From NCBI RefSeq assembly GCF_006345805.1, contig NC_042999.1, forward strand, positions 173,042,001-173,106,000: a stretch of DNA of 64,000 nt. Direction: 5' to 3'. A program made the translations under genes and the position numbers. Positions 38,743 to 52,250 of this stretch are shown here, one piece after another (position 1 is the stretch's first letter; each line of letters begins with the position of its first letter). The notes beneath the pieces are model-generated. The model did no database searches and was not told the DNA's origin. It was given only the letters and a program-made list of their open reading frames with translations. Source of the stretch: Octopus sinensis (lineage: Eukaryota).

Positions 38743-39328
38743 CCACCACCACCACCACCACCATCATCACCATCATCATCATCATCATTACTGCCATGAT
38801 GACTTTTTACTTATTTTTATTTTTTCTTCGTATACATATATATTTTAGATTTCTTATTGTTTTTTATGTAATGTGTATACAACTTTAGGAGAGACAGTCT
38901 ACTCAGTAGGATTCTGTACATTATCAGTATTCCCAGCTTTATTCAGAATGTTTCAGACAAACCGATGATATGCTGGAAAAACAATTGCCCACGGCACCGA
39001 GTTGTGCTGTCGTTCCCACAATGAGACGATTGCAATGCACATATGTCTGCCAAAAGATTCTATTTCCAAATATTGCTGAGACAATTTTCACATAAGTCTT
39101 TGTTAAGTTTTCAATTCTGTAAATGTCTGGATTCAATAAAATTTTATAACTTAGTTGATGCATTCACTGTGTGATTGAAAGCAATAAATGAAATATATTT
39201 GTACTTTTGCATCAATCTCAAGTATGTTGTCGGTGAAGTCAAAGCCAAGACGTGAATAATCATTCTTCAGTATTGATTTTTTGTTTCAACTCTCCGTTCC
39301 CTTTTTTTCTTTACACAGATAAGAAGAC

Positions 39329-39372
<44 letters not shown>

Positions 39373-39373
<1 letters not shown>

Positions 39374-39429
39374 TGTTTTGAACCTTCGAATTATTCCTCA
39401 ACTTATCAATATTGCAATTCTCGTTTTGA

Positions 39430-39461
<32 letters not shown>

Positions 39462-39565
39462 GAGTGTGTATATATAAATATATATCAAAACAGAATTGAA
39501 TATATATATATATATATAAATATATATTACAATTCTCGTTTTGATATATATTATATATACACACT

Positions 39566-39636
<71 letters not shown>

Positions 39637-39696
39637 TATATCAAAACGAGAATTGCAATATTTGATAAGTTGAGGATAATTCGAAAGGTTCAACAA
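39373..39696. repeat. nested inverted repeat (fold-back) within (TA)n
   Basis: Outer arms at 39373-39440 and 39631-39696, inner palindrome at 39461-39567. The CAATTCTCGTTTTGATATAT motif occurs four times in alternating orientation. Confidence 0.92.
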
Positions 39697-39739
39697 ATTT
39701 TTTGCCTAATATACATGACTGACTGTACAGTAGCTCGGA

Positions 39740-39790
<51 letters not shown>

Positions 39791-39897
39791 ATATATATAT
39801 AAATATCTTTCTATTCTGTACATACATCTATCTATATCTGTCTGTCTATTTATCTAACTATCTATCTATCTATGCATACATAAACACACACACACAT

Positions 39898-39952
<55 letters not shown>

Positions 39953-40088
39953 ATATATATATGCATATATATATAAACATATATATATATATGCATATAT
40001 ATATATATATATATAGATATATATATATATTATATATATATATATATATATGCATATATATATATACATATATATATGCATATATATA

Positions 40089-40119
<31 letters not shown>

Positions 40120-40150
40120 CTATATATATATATATATACATATATATACA

Positions 40151-40325
40151 AAGAATGAATGAAACCTCGATATTTTGTAAAAATACAGGAATTTATCTAT
40201 AAATATAGACACATTACTCTATTTTACATAATATGGATGTCTCATTGGTTGTCATAGTAATATTCAGAGTTTCAGATACTGGGGCTGAAGTCTCGAATAA
40301 AGGGAACTTACTCCTCTAGGCATGG
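40151..40325 (-). mobile_element. antisense relic of the 35.3-kb PLE pLTR
   Basis: CAGAGTTTCAGATAC (40265-40279) and AATAAAGGGAACTTACTC match the reverse complement of 35287-35392. Confidence 0.75.
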
Positions 40326-41260
40326 TGAAAATAATACTTCACTCACAGCATCCGCATATGTACACATACACACACACATATACATGTAAGCATACACACA
40401 CATGTAAGTATATATATATATTCATATTCACACACGCGTGTATAGATACATATATATACATATATATACATATATATGTTTACGTATACACGCACATACA
40501 CACGTATATATATATACGCATACACGCATCACTACACTGATATATACCTCTCATACACATACGCGAATATACAAAACGTAGGTTATACGCACACGCATAT
40601 GCATACACGGAAAACATATATACAAATAAAAACACATAACGCAAAAACGCACGCATCATTATGTTCATATACACATCTCTATACGCACATCCACATACAT
40701 ACGTGGATATACAAAACGTATTCTATGCACACATGCACATACTTACGCGGATAGACGTTTATACAATTATAAACACATACGCAAAAAGTATAAACCGTAA
40801 GACATTCACATTCGCCGCATAACTTGGATATAGAAATGAGTTATATATGTATATACTCAATTTCACCATCCTTTCTGTCAAACACATCTACACCTACAGA
40901 TATATAAACATATATACATATATGTACGAAGGAAGGAGACAAGTGCAACATATAGAGTCATGCACTCGTATATATAGAATCATTCGTATACATGTATATA
41001 TGCACGCACATATACATTAGGTGTATACTACGCGCGTATAAATTACACAATGATACAGGGTGAAAAATACTAAGTAGAAAAATACATAAAGTTATAAATA
41101 TATATAAATATATAAGTGATGATAAGGCTTGTATGTGGATACAATATAAAAAGTAGATATATATATACATACGTGTGTGTGTGTTTGTGTGTGTGTGCGT
41201 ACATGTAGGTTTGTGTATTTTTGTGCATATGCGGATTCTATGAATGAAGTATTACTTTCC

Positions 41261-41385
41261 CCATGCCTATTGGAGTAATTTCCCATTATTCAATGGTTTT
41301 TTTTCTAATAGCTTTTTTCTTCTTAATAACTGATGAGATGCCGGAGCAGGCTTCTGCCCCTCTGAGTTTTATTATTGCAACCATT
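41261..41385 (+). mobile_element. sense relic of the same pLTR with canonical CTGATGA but deleted GAAA
   Basis: GAGTAATTTCCCATTATT...ATAA-CTGATGA-GATG...GAGTTTTAT aligns to 35287-35400. Confidence 0.75.
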
Positions 41386-41462
41386 TATTCTTACATATAT
41401 TATATATATATATATATTATATATATATATATATAATATATATATATGTATATATGTATCTT

Positions 41463-41535
<73 letters not shown>

Positions 41536-42565
41536 ATATATATATATATATATGAATGTTTGTATGTATGTATATATATGCATATATGGGTACATGACGT
41601 CACCAACTATAAACATGATTTACGAAAACAAACAATTTAAATATGCGAAAAACGAGAGAGAAAATGGAAAACAAGTAACGACCCTTCATCAGTTGCCGTT
41701 TGTCCACCTATTTCTCACCTATGTGTGTGAGTGGTGTGAGTGTGTGTGAGCGTGAGTGTGTGTGAGCCTGAGTGTGTGTATGCATGTTTGTTTAAGTCCA
41801 TGTTCTTATGTACGAGAAGTAATGTCTTTTTTCGTGTGTACCTCACGCGCTAATTTATTCAAATAAACGATTACTATAACTGTTTCGCACGAAAGTGTTA
41901 TATATTCACAGTTCACATTGCGTATCTGATAAATAAATACCTATGTATAATAAAGACCTCAAAGATGTAGTTTCAAAATATTATTGAATATAGCATATGA
42001 AACATATATACCTTGGAAGAAAAATGTTTGGCTTTGCAGTGCATATTGTAGACAAGGGAGACAAACATTTCCTCGCATAATATGAGTCGTATAGTTCAAT
42101 CATGAACGAGAAATTGCCTCAAACTCAGCTTGAATAGTGCGGAAGACGCCTATCATCTGTTGTGAAAAAGATAGTGTGAAGTAAGATAAAAATATAAAAA
42201 ATATGAAAACAAAGAAATAACTGCAAACTGACGTACAGGACTGTAATATGAATATAAATTTGAGGTTAACGCAATACAATATAGATGAGTTACTTAGCGA
42301 ACAGATGACGTCAATTTGAACGACGAATATATATATATAAGTGTGTGTGTATGTGTGTGTGTCTGTGTGTGTATAAATGTGTGTATATATACATACATAC
42401 AAGTTTTAAATGATTAGGAGGCATTTATCCAAGAATCAACGAATATTAGAAGCAAAGAAAGTTGATTCTAAGATATGCAAAACTAAAACGAGAAACTGCA
42501 TCGCAAATTATAAACACCCATGTGCATGTTTCGAGACCGATTTTCATAAAGGCAATGAATGATGA

Positions 42566-43052
42566 GCAATAATAAATCTCTGAACGAGGTATAAACAGTA
42601 ACTGCATGACAATGTGAGGGATATTTCCCACTCAATATGGCTTACCACTAACGGTGGGTGTTATTGTAGCTTGTAGCCCCAGGAGAACATCTCCTCCAGC
42701 TGGCTTTAGGCACACTTTCTATGCCCTAAGGTATTTGCAAAGGGAGGTCATCCTTCCCTCGTCAACCTAAGTGATACGCACGGACTGCAGTTTCTAGGTA
42801 TTGACCTGTCATCAGCGTACGACAATCACCGGTTTTCGATGAAAGGAGTCCCAATGCAAATACCAATGCAAATATCCTTTTTCCAGTAACTTTTCCTCAC
42901 TGATCTCGAAAAACTGTATGCAGGCAATAATAAATCTCTGAACGAGGTATAAACAGTACCTGCACGACAATGTGAGGGATATTTGCCATCTCAACATGGC
43001 TAACCACTAAGGGTGGGTGTTACTGTAGCTTGTAGCCCCAGGAGAACGTCTC
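42566..43052 (-). mobile_element. hammerhead-containing ~358-bp repeated unit (non-LTR retrozyme-like)
   Basis: ~128-bp direct repeats at 42566-42693 and 42924-43052 with a hammerhead and several hairpins between them. No recognisable ORF. Confidence 0.6.
42777..42821 (-). ncRNA. minimal type I hammerhead ribozyme
   Basis: Minus strand: CGTACG-CTGATGA-C-AGGT-CAAT-ACCT-A-GAA-ACTGCAGT-C-CGTGCG. GUC site, palindromic stem III, and a C/A mismatch at the base of stem II. Confidence 0.82.
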
Positions 43053-43063
43053 ATGATGATGAA

Positions 43064-43135
<72 letters not shown>

Positions 43136-43139
43136 GATG

Positions 43140-43174
<35 letters not shown>

Positions 43175-43190
43175 TGATGATGATGATGAC
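43053..43190. repeat. (GAT)n microsatellite
   Basis: Directly visible. Confidence 0.95.
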
Positions 43191-43830
43191 ACAAACGAGA
43201 TATGGAGAAGTGAGTGCAGTTGCCTATACACAAGGAAATAAGTATTGACGAATGGACAGAGGAAATGAAATTGGCTGAAGAAGAGCAGAGCAAATTAGAC
43301 GAAAAGAAAACTGGTCAGCAAGACTGCTCACGGAAATATAGGATGTACGATGCTTGTGACGAAACCATATTTCACACACTGTCAGAATGACCACAGTTAG
43401 TTCGGAATGAATACAAAACTGTAGACATGACAATAATTGAGTTGAAATTTTTCCAGCAAATATATTTTGCAAGTACAGAAATGTGCTATAATAATTTTGT
43501 GACGCAAAAATGAAATCAATGAAATGAGGTCTCTACTCAATTAGAATTTCCTATATAAACCAAGAGAATAGCGCACAACAGGTTGGACATTGTAATCATG
43601 AATAAGAAAACGAAACTATTATAGTTATCGATGTAACATGTCCATTAGACACTAGTGTATTACGAATGAGAAAATAAAATATGAAAGATTACACCCTCTT
43701 TAAATATACAAATCCACAGTTGCTGAAAGAAAAACAGTTAACGGAATCATGCTACATCCCGTTATTATTGGGATCTTGAAAATTATGTGAGAATTTTGAA
43801 TAACTTGATCTGAATTAGGGAGCAGGTCGG
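43190..43830 (+). mobile_element. decayed R4/Dong-clade fragment (zinc knuckle + restriction-like endonuclease)
   Basis: CRMYDACDETIFH, HNRLDIVIMNKK, IDVTCPLD and IPLL/IPII-type motifs, with stops and frameshifts. Confidence 0.7.
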
Positions 43831-44056
43831 TGCACGAAATATGCTTACAAGTTTCAATTCTGTATCATAAGAAGAGATGTCAAGAAGAGATGTAACAGCA
43901 AAAGTAAGAAGAAAAGGGGGCAAAATGCTCTTCCACGCAGATCAGAGCACGCAGTTCGCTTGGAAAAAAAAATTAATCGACGCTCAATGACAATCTTATG
44001 AAATAAATACTAGTGCTACCGCCATCATCACCACTGCTGCTGCGATTATCACAACT

Positions 44057-44057
44057 A

Positions 44058-44118
<61 letters not shown>

Positions 44119-44131
44119 TAATAATAATATT

Positions 44132-44195
<64 letters not shown>
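44057..44195. repeat. (TAA)n microsatellite
   Basis: Directly visible. Confidence 0.95.
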
Positions 44196-44200
<5 letters not shown>

Positions 44201-44661
44201 GATGGGCTACATCAAATATTCTGCTCAATACCACAGATTTGCTTGTCAGTTGTTTGACCTTAACCAGTTGAGCATGTGCCTTAGTGGCTGACCATATGTG
44301 CATCTCTGACCACGAGCAGAAATAGTGGAGGAGCATCATAGCCGTGTGTTAAAAGGAATTCTTGGAGGTTTGGATAATTCACCTTTTGAAACATGGGTGG
44401 TTCGTTCAACATCCTTAAAAAATCCTTATTCAGGGCCCTTTTGAGCGGGATGGGTTACTCGACCAGAAGAAAATTCTAACTGGGTCCTACCTGCAAGGTC
44501 ATGCGCTGTTCATCTTGATATGAGATCACCATGTCGCGCACACATAGTTGTGATGCATGTGCCTGGTGTATCCTTATCAGGCGGGGTGTCACGATGGGTA
44601 TACTGGGCTTCATATATTTTACCCCAGTGTCACTTTGATTGCATGTACTGCTCTCTCACTC
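44196..44661 (+). mobile_element. 5'-truncated copy of the 556-bp (TAA)n-embedded element
   Basis: Collinear with 61921-62388, shares the same right end, and is flanked by (TAA)n on both sides. Confidence 0.9.
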
Positions 44662-44718
44662 AATAATATTAATAATAATAATAATAATAATAATAATGAT
44701 AATAATAATAATAATGAC

Positions 44719-44754
<36 letters not shown>

Positions 44755-44755
44755 A

Positions 44756-44817
<62 letters not shown>

Positions 44818-44878
44818 TTATGGTGGTGATGATGATGATGATGATGATGAAGATAATGATGATGATGATGATGATGAT
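44662..44878. repeat. (TAA)n grading into (GAT)n
   Basis: Directly visible. Confidence 0.95.
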
Positions 44879-45345
44879 GCACAACAACTACAGGGTTTAT
44901 TAGAGATTAAACAATTCAGTGATGATATCATGATGCAATTTGGCCTCGATGAATCTGCAAAAGTTAACTTTATCAAAGGAAAAATGACAGAAACATCCAA
45001 AGTTAACCTTGACCGGCAGAATCTTATAAATAAGTTAGAACCGGCGGAGAGTTAAAACTACCAAGGCGTATTTGAAGGAGACGGAATCAAACATTCAGTG
45101 ACGAAAGATTAGGAGAGAATATTATCGAAATAGTCAAGACAGCTGAATGCAAGAAACAGGATCGAAGCAATCAATAATTTAGCCATACCAATCGTAATTT
45201 CCAGATTCACTATCATTACTGGTCAATAACTGAAATATGTAATCCTGACAAAGAAATACGAAAATTGTTGACAATGCATAGATATAGAACGTCTTTACCT
45301 GCTAAGAAAAGAGGGTGGCCGTGGACTTTTACAACTGGAATTAAT
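44879..45345 (+). mobile_element. decayed R4/Dong-clade RT fragment
   Basis: FSDDIMMQFGLDESAKV, LNARNRIEAIN and IERLYLLRKEGGRGLLQL, homologous to the ORF at 62627-64000. Confidence 0.85.
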
Positions 45346-45960
45346 GATGGGCGATTTTAACCTTTTCTGTGTTAAATGGAGTGGAAATACTTTGAAGCTA
45401 GGGGACAGCACCACACCCAACAAAGCAATAGCAGAATTACTATTTAATTGAATGGATGAAATTTTCCTGACCCAAATTTAGCTTGAGTCAACAAGACAAA
45501 ACAAAATTATCTTGGATCTTACATTAACAAACCGCTCTAGCTCCATGCATAACATTTCATTTGAAAAACACTCTTCACTGTGACCATGGCATTGTATTCG
45601 TCAACCTTAGTTTTCAGCATGTCAAAGCCAAACCGGTAAATCTCACCCCAATGCAGCTGTTCGACAACGTCAGTTTTTACAAGGCAGACTGGGGTGAAAT
45701 TATAAAAGATCTGTCACTCATAATTTCTACATGGCAGCGCTTTGAGAAGATCGCCACTTATCCATGCTCAAAATACGCTCCTACGAAATTCACAAGCCGT
45801 AGTTGATATAGACTCCCAAGAGAGTTAAAAATACTCGCTAGGAGATTCGACATTGTCAACATAGATCGACCAACTAAAATACTCTAGCCCCAGTATTCAC
45901 ATTCAACAGCAATACGAAGGACTGGATTGGAAAATATCTGCAGATCAGCATGAAAATCTA
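45346..45960 (+). mobile_element. decayed CR1-like APE endonuclease fragment
   Basis: MGDFN, ILDLTLTN and DHG-type motifs, with stops. Confidence 0.55.
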
Positions 45961-46271
45961 CATCGACACGTTACAAAGGGAAACTAGGTAATCAAAAAAG
46001 AAAGGAACAAAAATCCAACTAAAAGTCAAATATTCTATTTGTATACATGCAAATACTTTATTCCATCATTTGTAGGCGTTTCAATTTAAATACATTTTCA
46101 GTACAGCTAACGAACTATAGGCGAATAATTCTTGATAGTCATTTCATTCAATCAACACAAATATAATATAGATTTATTCGCAGTTAAACTCTTTGATAAA
46201 GTCATTGAATGACATTTCTGATGGCACCAGCAGACCGACACACAGGACCGCATCCGCAACCTCTGATCCAC

Positions 46272-46283
46272 TGATAGATAGAT

Positions 46284-46358
<75 letters not shown>

Positions 46359-46562
46359 GGATAGGTAGACAGATTGGTTGACAGTCAGATATATTGACAG
46401 ACAGTCAGACATATTGACAGACAAGCAGCTGACAGACAAACAGCTAGATACATAGATTGATTGACATTCAATTAGATAGATACACAGACGGACACACACA
46501 TACACACAAAGAAATGCATAGATAGATACATACATACATACATACATACATACATACATACA

Positions 46563-46590
<28 letters not shown>
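46272..46590. repeat. compound (GATA)n/(GACA)n/(CATA)n microsatellite
   Basis: Directly visible. Confidence 0.9.
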
Positions 46591-46594
<4 letters not shown>

Positions 46595-47056
46595 GGAATG
46601 GACTGATTGATAAATGAAGGAAACGGACGCTCAAGTTTGTTTCCTACCATGCATATAAGAAATGGTCTGTTGAAATATTGTCATTGTAGGTGACTGGATT
46701 TTGGCATCACATTTCGGAGAATTGGAAAAGTAATTTGGGACACACACCATATTCCAGTCTCACTCACGAATAAATGGGTACGTTACGTGCCAAATGCCAC
46801 TTGGATATTGACAATTTTAAATCAACTTCAGAAAAATATTGCCGTATAATTTACTTTAATATTCGTGTCGCAATCTATTTTTCTACTTGCATGTTGATGT
46901 AAACAACGCATTTTATAAAAATCAGTCTTTCAAATTTTGTACCCCTGTCCATAAAACTGAAATGTCTATCGAAATGAATTTTAATTTGCCTCTTGAGATA
47001 TTTCTTGTCTACATATACATACATTTACATATATATATCTATATGCGAGCATGTAC

Positions 47057-47157
<101 letters not shown>

Positions 47158-47242
47158 GTATAGTGGTTTTATCTCTAATTTATATTTTATATATATATGT
47201 ATTTATCTATATATGTATGTATGAGCACACGCTTATATATTG

Positions 47243-47490
47243 AACTAATCAATGTGCTATTACTGTCTGGATAACAGCAAACAACATGTCTACCTTTAGA
47301 CATTTTTGTCAATATGCTGTTCATAAATATTTCATCGGAAAAGTTTATTTCCAAATATGGTTTCTGGTGTATTGATTTGATGTTAAAACTTACACAGACA
47401 TAATGGAAGATTTAGAAATTTTACTTTGATCTAAATTAAGTGACAAAAAATATTATATATGAGCAGCCTATAGCCATTAGCTTTATTTCT
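47243..47490. repeat. second copy of 36030-36276
   Basis: Collinear with 36030-36276. Both copies are preceded by TA-type tracts and followed by (CAT)n-like tracts. Confidence 0.92.
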
Positions 47491-47728
47491 CTGTTATTCA
47501 GCAGCATGGTCATCTTAATCACCAGCCTCATCATCATTATTATCTTCATCATCTCCACCATCATAGAGTCATCGCTATCGTTGGTGCCGTCGTCGTTTTT
47601 GTCTTCATCGTCGTCACTTCGAACAGAAGCAACATTGATTGGAATAAGACCAATATCAGCGTCGGCATCACCGTGGCAATCATTTTTATGTTTATTGGCA
47701 TGTCTATCATCATCACAACTGCCACTGC

Positions 47729-47774
<46 letters not shown>

Positions 47775-48609
47775 TTCATCATCATCTTTATCACCATCAT
47801 TAGTATCATCAGCGTTATCATCTTAGTATTGTATTAATATCATTATATTTTTGTTTTTATTAATCAACAGAAATATGCATATCGGCCGTTTTCAAAGCAA
47901 ATTATGGCAGTTTTTACTATTTCCCTTTAAACTGAATGAATTAGCTTGTATGAGATTCAATGTTTCAAACTTTCGCCTGCCCTTAACTTAAATCTGAGGC
48001 AGAAACAACGTAATATTCTACAAAATAACTGGGCGTTTGAATTTTTAATGCAATCAATACGACGTACGTCACTGGTTCCGCCCTCCATATTTCATTCATA
48101 AATCTTCAAGCAACAAGGGTTTAGGTAGAAAGATAAACTTCCTCCGGGGGGAGGGGCGAAGCAGGAACCTTAGAATTTAGGAAATAAATTCATTAGCCAC
48201 TCGGCTGTTTGGTTTTATTGTTTTTTCTTATTTATTATTCGCATTTTTCTATCGAGATCTATTGCAGGATATAATGATAGAGCCGGCGGTACATAGGGTC
48301 CTTGCTTCCGTTAAATATTTAGTGATCTAATATTTGCATTAAGATAAAAGCAAATACATGAAGCGAAAGAAATGAACACAGAAGAATTATGTAAGTTAAA
48401 AATATTGATCATAAGCATGCGGTTCAATACAACTACACCTGCTATAGATATAATTATTTCCATACACACACCCACACATACACGCACACACACACACACA
48501 TATATATATATATACATAAAAAGATATACATATGTATGTATATATGCACAAACATATGTGTATGTATATATATGTATACATGTATGTACATATATATCTC
48601 TCTCTCAAG

Positions 48610-48685
<76 letters not shown>

Positions 48686-49821
48686 ATGTATAAACATAAG
48701 AGCTAGATTTATCACAGCATGAAATATGCAACTACATATTCTATTTTCGAATCCTGCTGAGTATGTAACAGGTTTTCAATTATCAGATGAAGCCATAATA
48801 TTGGAAATGCTAATATTCCTTGAAATTACATAAACTTCACAAGCAAACAATCAAACAAACATCGAAATGTAATCCTGCAACTCGTATTCAGAAGAAATAC
48901 CTACTCGTATGACGGAAGTATGTCTTTGACTTTCTATGAAAGATAACAAAAGATTAAAATTTTCCAACTAATTAACAAATTTCAATCCTAAAATTCACAT
49001 ATTTTGTAACACATTTATACTAGCTAATGATTTATTATTAACGCAAAAACTACAATGACATTGTGTAAATATCACGTAGTTATGTTTATAAATTTATGAA
49101 TTTTTATTCCTAACATTGCTGGCAAATATTGTTGTTTCCCGGATCACACATTGGAAGTTGCTGCAAGCGCAAAAGTTTAGAGAAATTAACAACCGGGTTG
49201 AAAATGCATTTTGTTTTAAACAGATAATCTCTTGTTAGGTATGGCAATTTTACAATCGAAAAGAAATTGTAACACTTGGCAATGAAATATGAATAAGAGT
49301 TTGCTGATGAGGGTACTTTCTAGTTGTTGTTGCTGCCGTTGATGTTTTAGCTGGTTCTGAGAAGCTGAGTAATCTCTGATAGAACGAGGAAATATTACGT
49401 GTCATATTAAATGCGACGTTTAGTTTGATATTAGATGCAATGATTGGTAATAATTCAATATTGTAAAAATTATACGCTCGAGAAACATATTGAGATCCTT
49501 CTTTGAAAACCTATGTGAATGTATGTATGTATGTATGTATGTATGTATGTATGTATGTATGTATGTATGTATGTATATTGGTGTATACGTGCGTGCATAA
49601 GTGTGTGAGCAGTGAGACAGTACGGCGGTAGAGATGATTTGCCCTTTATTCAGCCAATAGTTGTGTGCATAAAGCTTGAAATTTGAATTAATTGGCATGT
49701 AAAATATGAATTTTTGCCCGACTCTGGTCTAAAACAGGCAGACATTTCTAATATTTTCAGTGATATTGGCGAGGATGTTTTTGATTATATTGATATGATT
49801 GTCTATCTGCGATGCAGGTTG

Positions 49822-49959
49822 CTGGGATCTAAGAACGGGGAGGTGGAATCTGGGAACTGGGAGCGGGGGGCTGTGAGTTGGGTGCTGAGAGCTGGGATGT
49901 GGGATCGGGGAGTTACATGCTGGGAACTGAGAGCTGGGAGCTGGGGGCTTGGAGCTGGA
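49822..49959 (+). repeat. degenerate G-rich heptamer minisatellite (CTGGGAG)n
   Basis: CTGGGAA CTGGGAG CGGGGGG CTGTGAG TTGGGTG CTGAGAG CTGGGAT... in constant 7-bp phase. Confidence 0.8.
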
Positions 49960-51904
49960 AACCATATATAATGACTGAATGTTCAGAAAATAGTCCTTTA
50001 TGATACCTCTCTCTTCAAACATCGACACTCAAGAATTTATGATTGTGTGCACTGCCGGTTTTTTAACATTTTTTTTTTACCCATTCTACATTTTGATATA
50101 AAGGAAGTACTATGTATATTATCTGAGTAGATTTTAGCAGAACGTTTATACACTCATACAAAGATGGTCACAATTTCTTCACAAGCTATATTCCTAGTTT
50201 ATCTTCTTATTCTAATCAGTAAATTGCTACGGTTACAATCTTGTTTCCCGTAGAGTATTTGTTACTACTCAATATTCACAGCGATCATTGAAGTAGAGAT
50301 TTAAATACAGGTAATTGGATTTTCAGCATTTCGTATATGTTTCGTATATTAGCTTCAAATAGACTTCATTGTCATCTCTTTTTTGCGTTCGACAGTTTTA
50401 ATTTCCCCTTGATAGTTGGGTTCCTCTATAAGGATAACGCTTCTGACTGAGAAGTGCAGTCTTCGAGTGAAACAGGTGAATTGAGAAGGAAACGTGTTTG
50501 TTGCAGGTTGAGGTTATCTTGAACTATTTGCTTCCTTTTGATTTCAAAACTGTCACGTGTATTGCTAATGCACTGATGCCATTTCAAGCAGTTTGAGGCT
50601 CCCGCTTCTTTTACTTCATTTCTATCCATTGTAACACCCTGCTCGTTTTTTCTCAGTGGTTGATTCATTGAGGAAAACATTTAACAAAGAAATCCCTTCT
50701 TTCTTGAGTCTAATCACATGAACTAAACATCGTAGCCAAAGTCATATAATGATGGATTCTGTCATTGACCGTTGGCTTTCTTTAGTACTGTATAGTTGGA
50801 TATGTAGTACTCCCATTTGCTGCATTAGATAGAATGGAACATTGTTCCTAGAGTTTTGTCCAGACAGAAAATTATTCGGTTCATAACTATTACTGCGATA
50901 ATGTCAGCTTGACGAATCATCAGTTTTGCTTTGGGGGATCGGAGGAGCTTAGCTCTTTGTTCTTACTAATCAACTAAGTATATTCACATAAACATTGAAA
51001 TACATAAACACACATATCTGCAGAAAGAAATATACGAAAGTGTCATGAAACAATAATAAATATGCAAAAATTATTTATATCTATTTTGAAAACGTTTACA
51101 ATTTTAGAATATTTCTATGATTTTTTTCCCATCTAAGAAGCTTTCTTCTACTTTCATAATTCGTTCAGTGTTTTCATTACTTAATTAGTGTGTACTGTCG
51201 GTGGTCTCTGTGTATGTGTGCGTCTGTGTAAGATCTTCTGTGTGTGTGTGTGTATGTTTATTATTGTTTGTAAGTGAATACGTGTGAGTATTAGCCTATG
51301 TTGGCGAATCTGTATTTTGTGTGATCAGTTAAGTGCTTCGTGTATGTTTGTTTAAACTGAAGTGACAAAAATATACATGAACTCTCAAATATTCAGCTGT
51401 TCTAATGTTGTTCTGGAAACGAATATAAAATATCAATATATTATGTTCATTCGCGTACGCTACATAAATGAGTAGAAATGAAACTAAACCCGTTATGAAA
51501 CCATTTTATTGAGAAATGCGTAGGTATTCATAACTTCTAAAGCATTACATTCGAAGTCATATAATATCTCCTAAAATATCAATCGATTATAAAGACTAGG
51601 CATCGTGGTTTGTATTAAAATATTGGAAAATAAAGTTCAGGAATTCTAATTTTTTTAACTTTAAATATTTAGATATCTGTATTTGATATTTAACTTTTTT
51701 GCTACATATTTTCATCTAAATGTTAGAGGTAATTTTTTTTTATATTTTATCTTAACATAAACGCCAGACATCGAAATTAGCGGCGGTTTATGTCGGCGAA
51801 TAACATTTAAAGAGGATAGCAGATTTAGATTAATTCATACGTCACGGGGAGAGATTTTTCTAAGTTTCAGAAAAATACACGGTAGTAAAAATGTGAAAGA
51901 GAAA

Positions 51905-52250
51905 GGTCTCCATAAAAACGGTGATGAAGGAGAAAGAGAAGAAAAGCTGGAGGAGGTAGATGGGGAGGAAGGAGAGAATGGGGAGGGGAGGTGGGGAGGA
52001 AGAGGGGAGGAAAAGAAAGAGAAGGGGGAAGAGGGGAGAAGGAGAAGGAGGCGTGAAAAGGAGGGGAGGGGTGGAGGAGGAGGAGAGAAGGAGAAGGAGG
52101 TGAGGAGGAGGAGGATAAGAAGAAGAGAAGGAGGAGGAGAAGGAGGGGAGATGGAGGAGGAGGGGATGAGAAGGGGGAGGAGGTCGAGGAGGAGGAGGAG
52201 AATGAGAGGGAGGAGGAGGTGGTTGAGGAGGATGTGGGAAGGAAGAGGGA
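51905..52250. repeat. polypurine (GGA/GA-rich) low-complexity tract
   Basis: Almost exclusively A and G on the plus strand. Confidence 0.9.

Noticed and set aside
41686-41700. Minus-strand CTGATGAAGGG
   Set aside because: No GAAA or closing stems downstream.
50426-50680. 84-aa minus-strand ORF of ordinary composition
   Set aside because: No recognisable homology and no clear acceptor/donor pair.
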